Source of the DNA: an uncultured Gemmatimonadaceae bacterium
GTDB taxonomy: Bacteria > Gemmatimonadota > Gemmatimonadetes > Gemmatimonadales > Gemmatimonadaceae
DNA: 64,000 nt
NCBI GenBank assembly: GCA_963790305.1
Contig: CAWBOC010000009.1
Location: 896,001-960,000 of the forward strand
Direction of reading: 5' to 3'
Position 1 is the stretch's first letter. Every line of letters begins with the position of its first letter. Of the stretch, positions 59,838 through 64,000 are shown in pieces. A model generated the notes under the pieces. It did no database searches, was not told the origin of the DNA, and worked only from the letters and a program-made list of their open reading frames with translations. The translations under genes and the position numbers were made by a program.

Positions 59838-62800
59838 CTATCCTCGTGAGGCGGACTTGAAGGCGCTCAGGAACCGCTGGCGCAGTCCCTGCGGCGCCTG
59901 CGCTGACTCGGTCTGCTCAGTGGGCGCAGGCGTCGCCTGCGCTCGCACCGCTCCCGCCTTCTGCTCGCACTCGGCGGCCAGCTGTTCCAGCGTGAGCAGG
60001 TTGAGCGCGGACTGATTGACACGGACACCCGTCTGCTTGGCAATGCGCGTAATGACACGCATCGCGAGCAGCGAGTGGCCACCGGCGTCGAGAAAATTGT
60101 CGTGCACGCTCACCCGCGGGACGCCGAGCAACTCCTGCCAGATCGTGGCGACGGTGCGCTCCATCGGTGTGCGGGGCGCGACGTAGTCGTCCCCGGCCCC
60201 GAAGGGGTTGGGCAGCGCGGCGCGATCGATCTTCCCATCGCTGGTCAGCGGCAGCTCGTCGAGCTCGACGAAGTGCTGCGGCACCATGTCCTCCGGAAGC
60301 CGTTCGCGGAGGAAGCGTCGCAGCTCACTCACCGTGGCGTGCGTACTCTCCTCGTAAATCACGTACGCCGCCATTTGGCGCGTACCCGCCCGCTCCCCGT
60401 GCGAGAGCACGATCCCCTGACGCACCGCCTCGTGGGTGGCGAGCACCGCCTCGATCTCGGCGAGGTTCGCCGTCGATTCCTGAGGCTCCGCTCCTGGAGC
60501 GGCCTTCGGTGCGCGCACGTGATCGAGATAGCGTCCCAGATCCTGCGGGGAAACGACGATCTGCAATGGCATCGCCCCGGCCAGCGCGCGCCGGAATACC
60601 TCGACGCCCTCGGCCGGAGTGATCGCGTCCTCGAGCGACATCGCCGGAGTGGCATCCTCCGCTGGAGTGTCGACATGAATGACGGGCTTGCGATCCTCGG
60701 TCGAATCGCTCGCCATGCGTCCCTTGTCGCTCACCCGCATCATCACGAACTCCTCGATCTCGACCACCGCCTGGCCGTTCTCGTCGAGAATCGACACGTC
60801 GAATGCGGCAATGTCCTTGTCGTCGCTCGGGATGTAGCGAATGTGACTGAAGCAGCCCTGCGGAATCGTCCCCCGCGCGCGAAGCCGCGTATACGACGCG
60901 GGCACGTAGAAGTCCGCGTGCGGATCGAAGCCGTGAATGAGCTGCTGCGCACACGCGGTCGCGACGTCCAGCATCGCGGGGTGCAGCGCAAACCGCGCGA
61001 GGTCGTCCGCGAATTCCTCCGGAAGCTCCAGCGTCGCGATCGCCTCGTCGACTCCATAGTTGATGCGCCGAATGTTGCTCCAGCGCTTGCCCAGCACGAG
61101 GTGCTCGCGCTCCTCGGTGCCGGTGAACCGCTGCTCGCGGGCCGCGCAGCGAGCGATCACCGCATTCACATCGACGCGCGGAGGCGCATCGCCGTTGGCG
61201 GGCAGGGCGATCGCGCGTGCGTGCTCGTGCCATTCGCGGCTCCCATCCGCCGCAACGCCCTCGCCAATGATCACGATCTCCGACTCGCCGCCGTTGCGAC
61301 GAACCTTCACCCGGAGCTCGCGACGCTCATCCGCATGCACGACGAACGGTGAGATGAAGAAAACATCGCGAAGCTCGAGATCGCGGACGTTTCCGGCTTC
61401 GCGAAATGCCGCCTGCGCAAGCTCGAGATAGCCAGTGCCGGGGATGAGCGCTTCCCCGCCCCGAATCCGGTGGCCGTCGAGCAGCCAATGATCCGCGATG
61501 CTGAAGACGGTCGAGAACACGTCCTCCTTCGCGGTGCGGCGCACGCGCCGGTCGAGGAGCGGATGCTCCGCTGGCTCGTCGACCTCGCCCGCCGACCCCA
61601 TCGACGCCGCCATACCGACGTCACGCCACATGCTCCAGTTGATCGCGATCGCCGGCGTCCCATCGAGCGTAGCCTTCCGGTGCGCGAACGCATCCAGGAA
61701 AGCGTTCGCCGCCACGTAATCGACCTGGCCCGCGGGACCGGCAACCGCTCCGCGCGACGAGAACACGACGAAGAAATCGAGCTCGAAGCCGGCGACGGCG
61801 GCGTCGAGGGACAGTGTTCCCTCGACCTTCGGCGCGAGCACGCGCTCGGCGGTCGCGCGATCCTTCGTCGCGATGAGACCATCGTCGAGCGCACCGGCGC
61901 CGTGGACGACGCCGTTGATCGGTCCGAAGCGATCGACGGCGGTGCGGACGATCTCAGCCATCCGCTCGCGATCGGTGACATCCCCGCGCGCCACCATTAC
62001 CTCGGCGCCGAGCGCTTCGAGCGAGCGCACCTGCGCGATAGCGCGGCTCACACGGTCATTCTCGCCGCGACGGGCGATCCAGCCGTCCCACTCTTCGCGC
62101 GCTGGAAACGCACTGCGACCAACGAGCACCAGCCGAGCCTTCGCCGCACGCGCAAGGTACTCAGCGACTGTGAGTCCGATGCCGCCCAGACCGCCGGTGA
62201 TGAGATAGACACCGCCATCGCGCACGCGACTGGGCCGCGTGCTCGGATCGACCGCGACTGACTCGAACGTCTGCACCCAGCGGTCGGCGCCGCGGAGAGC
62301 CACCACCTCATCGGTGACCGGAGAGCCGACCTCGCCAATGAGCTGCTGCACGAGCTGTCGCTCCCGCCAGGAACCTGACGGTGGCAGCACGACATCAATG
62401 GATCGCGAGCGAACGTTAGGCATTTCCTGCGCAATCACCTTGCACGGACCCAGGAGTTGCGCTTTCTCCGGCGTAAGGACTGCTTCGCCAGCAACCTGCT
62501 GCATGTCGCTCGATACGACGCTCAGGCGGATCGGATGCGACAGATCCTCCGCGATCACCCCTTGGGCGAGGTAGAGCAGGCTGTAGAAGGAAAGGTCGCG
62601 CACGTGCCCGGAGGACAGCACTGCCCCCGGCGGCGTGACACTGAAACAGTGCACGATGTCGGCAGGCGCGACTTTCTCCGCCGCGAGATCACGGAACAGC
62701 ATCTCATAGGCTTCGCGGTCGGCCGGCGCGATCGTGAAATCGCGCTCGCCGATGCGCGCATACGTGCTTCCCGTCGCGACGGTCCACACGTCCCGGCCCG

Positions 62801-64000
62801 CGGCGCGCATGCCTTCCGCGACTTTCGCCCCGAGCCCGCCGGCGTCGGCAAAGAGAAGCACCGGACCCATGTCGGGCGACGTGACGATCGCGGACGGCGT
62901 CGTGCGCCGCCACGAAGGTTGATACAGCCACTGCGCAACGTCGGCGCGCTTCCGCGGCGGTCCATCCTCGGCGACCACACTCGATACACCCTTGCCGGGC
63001 GCAATCCAGTGACGGTGGCGCTCGAACGGATACGTCGGCAGCGGGATTCGACGACGGCGGTCTTCGCCATGGAGAGCAGGCCAATCAACCTCGACACCAT
63101 GCGTCCACAGTCGGCCTAGCGCGCCCAGCGCAAAGGCGACATCGGAGACCTGTTCGTCGGGGTGCCGCATCGACGGGTAGATCCCGTGCGATGCCTGCTT
63201 TGCCGAGTGCTGGCGAGCGAGCGTCGTCAGGGTGCGACCTGGGCCGACTTCGAGCAGCACACGCCGCGGATCGGCGAGAAGCTCGCCGACGCCGTCAGCG
63301 AAGCGGACCGTCTGCCGAAGGTGCCGAACCCAGTAGCTCGGGTCGGTCGCATCGGCGTCGGTGATCCACGTGCCGGTCACATTGGATACGAAGGGCATCT
63401 TCGGCGCACGGAGCGCAATGCCGCGCACGAACGCGCCGAACTCCTGGAGAATCGGCTCCAGCATCGCCGAATGCGCCGCGACATTGATGTGGATGCGGCG
63501 GCAGTCGATCTCCTGCGCGGCGAGCGTGCGCTCCAGCGTCTCGATCGCCCTCACCGGTCCCGATGCGACGCACAGCTCGGGCGCGTTCACCGCCGCGATC
63601 GACAGGTCGGGCGGGAGCATCGGACGCAGCTCTTCGGCGGCAAGCGGAACGCTCAGCATGCCACCCTCGGCGAGCCGCTCGAACAGGCGGCCGCGGATGG
63701 TCACGAGAGAGAGTCCCTCCTCGGCCGAGAAGACGCCGGCGAGGCACGCGGCGGTGTATTCGCCCATGCTGTGACCGATCATCGCCTGCGGCTTGATGCC
63801 CCACGACATGAGCAGCTTCGCGAGCGCGAGCTGAGTGCTGAACAGCGCCGGGAGCGCGAGCGATGGACGCTCCAGCTCCAGAGTGGCTTGCTCGGCATCG
63901 TCGAGGAGTGGGAACATCAACGGCGCGAGGTCCACGCCGTACTCCGCCTTCATGAAGGCGAAGCAACGATCGATTTCGGCGCGATACAGCGGCTCAACCG
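59838..64000 (-). CDS. Type I PKS, 3' part: AT-KR-DH-adenylation C-subdomain-carrier domain (5' end outside window)
   Basis: AT GHSMG and VAAHS, LEVGPG, LPTYPF; KR GGLGGIG and DYVAANAFLD; DH HPLL, HRIRGGEALIPGTGY and HPAMLD; LPLTSDGKIDR; carrier FLDAGGHSL. Confidence 0.92.
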   Translation of the reverse strand, partial: VEPLYRAEIDRCFAFMKAEYGVDLAPLMFPLLDDAEQATLELERPSLALPALFSTQLALAKLLMSWGIKPQAMIGHSMGEYTAACLAGVFSAEEGLSLVTIRGRLFERLAEGGMLSVPLAAEELRPMLPPDLSIAAVNAPELCVASGPVRAIETLERTLAAQEIDCRRIHINVAAHSAMLEPILQEFGAFVRGIALRAPKMPFVSNVTGTWITDADATDPSYWVRHLRQTVRFADGVGELLADPRRVLLEVGPGRTLTTLARQHSAKQASHGIYPSMRHPDEQVSDVAFALGALGRLWTHGVEVDWPALHGEDRRRRIPLPTYPFERHRHWIAPGKGVSSVVAEDGPPRKRADVAQWLYQPSWRRTTPSAIVTSPDMGPVLLFADAGGLGAKVAEGMRAAGRDVWTVATGSTYARIGERDFTIAPADREAYEMLFRDLAAEKVAPADIVHCFSVTPPGAVLSSGHVRDLSFYSLLYLAQGVIAEDLSHPIRLSVVSSDMQQVAGEAVLTPEKAQLLGPCKVIAQEMPNVRSRSIDVVLPPSGSWRERQLVQQLIGEVGSPVTDEVVALRGADRWVQTFESVAVDPSTRPSRVRDGGVYLITGGLGGIGLTVAEYLARAAKARLVLVGRSAFPAREEWDGWIARRGENDRVSRAIAQVRSLEALGAEVMVARGDVTDRERMAEIVRTAVDRFGPINGVVHGAGALDDGLIATKDRATAERVLAPKVEGTLSLDAAVAGFELDFFVVFSSRGAVAGPAGQVDYVAANAFLDAFAHRKATLDGTPAIAINWSMWRDVGMAASMGSAGEVDEPAEHPLLDRRVRRTAKEDVFSTVFSIADHWLLDGHRIRGGEALIPGTGYLELAQAAFREAGNVRDLELRDVFFISPFVVHADERRELRVKVRRNGGESEIVIIGEGVAADGSREWHEHARAIALPANGDAPPRVDVNAVIARCAAREQRFTGTEEREHLVLGKRWSNIRRINYGVDEAIATLELPEEFADDLARFALHPAMLDVATACAQQLIHGFDPHADFYVPASYTRLRARGTIPQGCFSHIRYIPSDDKDIAAFDVSILDENGQAVVEIEEFVMMRVSDKGRMASDSTEDRKPVIHVDTPAEDATPAMSLEDAITPAEGVEVFRRALAGAMPLQIVVSPQDLGRYLDHVRAPKAAPGAEPQESTANLAEIEAVLATHEAVRQGIVLSHGERAGTRQMAAYVIYEESTHATVSELRRFLRERLPEDMVPQHFVELDELPLTSDGKIDRAALPNPFGAGDDYVAPRTPMERTVATIWQELLGVPRVSVHDNFLDAGGHSLLAMRVITRIAKQTGVRVNQSALNLLTLEQLAAECEQKAGAVRAQATPAPTEQTESAQAPQGLRQRFLSAFKSASRG

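Noticed and set aside
1..64000. tRNA, rRNA, transposase, integrase or prophage genes
   Set aside because: No recognisable signatures were seen.

Overview
GC-rich (about two-thirds G+C by eye) bacterial window; gene style suggests Gemmatimonadota, which is inference only. The left ~6 kb holds a truncated lipoprotein gene, ftsH, a Tat-exported class V aminotransferase flanked by two tandem-repeat palindromes, an NYN nuclease and an M23 peptidase. The rest (6.3-64 kb) is one large Wzx/Wzy-type exopolysaccharide locus. It contains wzc, a wza-like gene, a priming glycosyltransferase, GT2/GT4 enzymes, Wzy and Wzx, and an unusually rich decoration toolkit: a carbamoyltransferase with SxtJ/SxtK-like membrane proteins, five membrane-anchored SGNH proteins, three deacetylases, GNAT/FemAB/AsnB enzymes, an alpha/beta-hydrolase pair and an atypical PKS running off the right edge. 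Main leads: (1) a 53-aa SxtK/DUF5989-like peptide ending in FIYTIF, resembling the DltX/AlgI tyrosine acyl-shuttle motif, which suggests an MBOAT-free transmembrane carbamoyl relay; (2) a locus-wide sigma-54 regulon with a recurring 18-bp palindrome TGTNGCG-N4-CGCNACA; (3) two c-di-GMP-I riboswitches ahead of Ig-repeat lipoproteins that share an unannotated C-terminal domain with a third gene; (4) a receiver plus degenerate GGDEF protein with an intact RxxD I-site; (5) a PKS with AT-KR-DH order, an orphan adenylation C-subdomain and carrier, and no TE. Several genes carry single-base frameshifts that are probably long-read errors. All calls come from reading motifs by eye; no searches were run.
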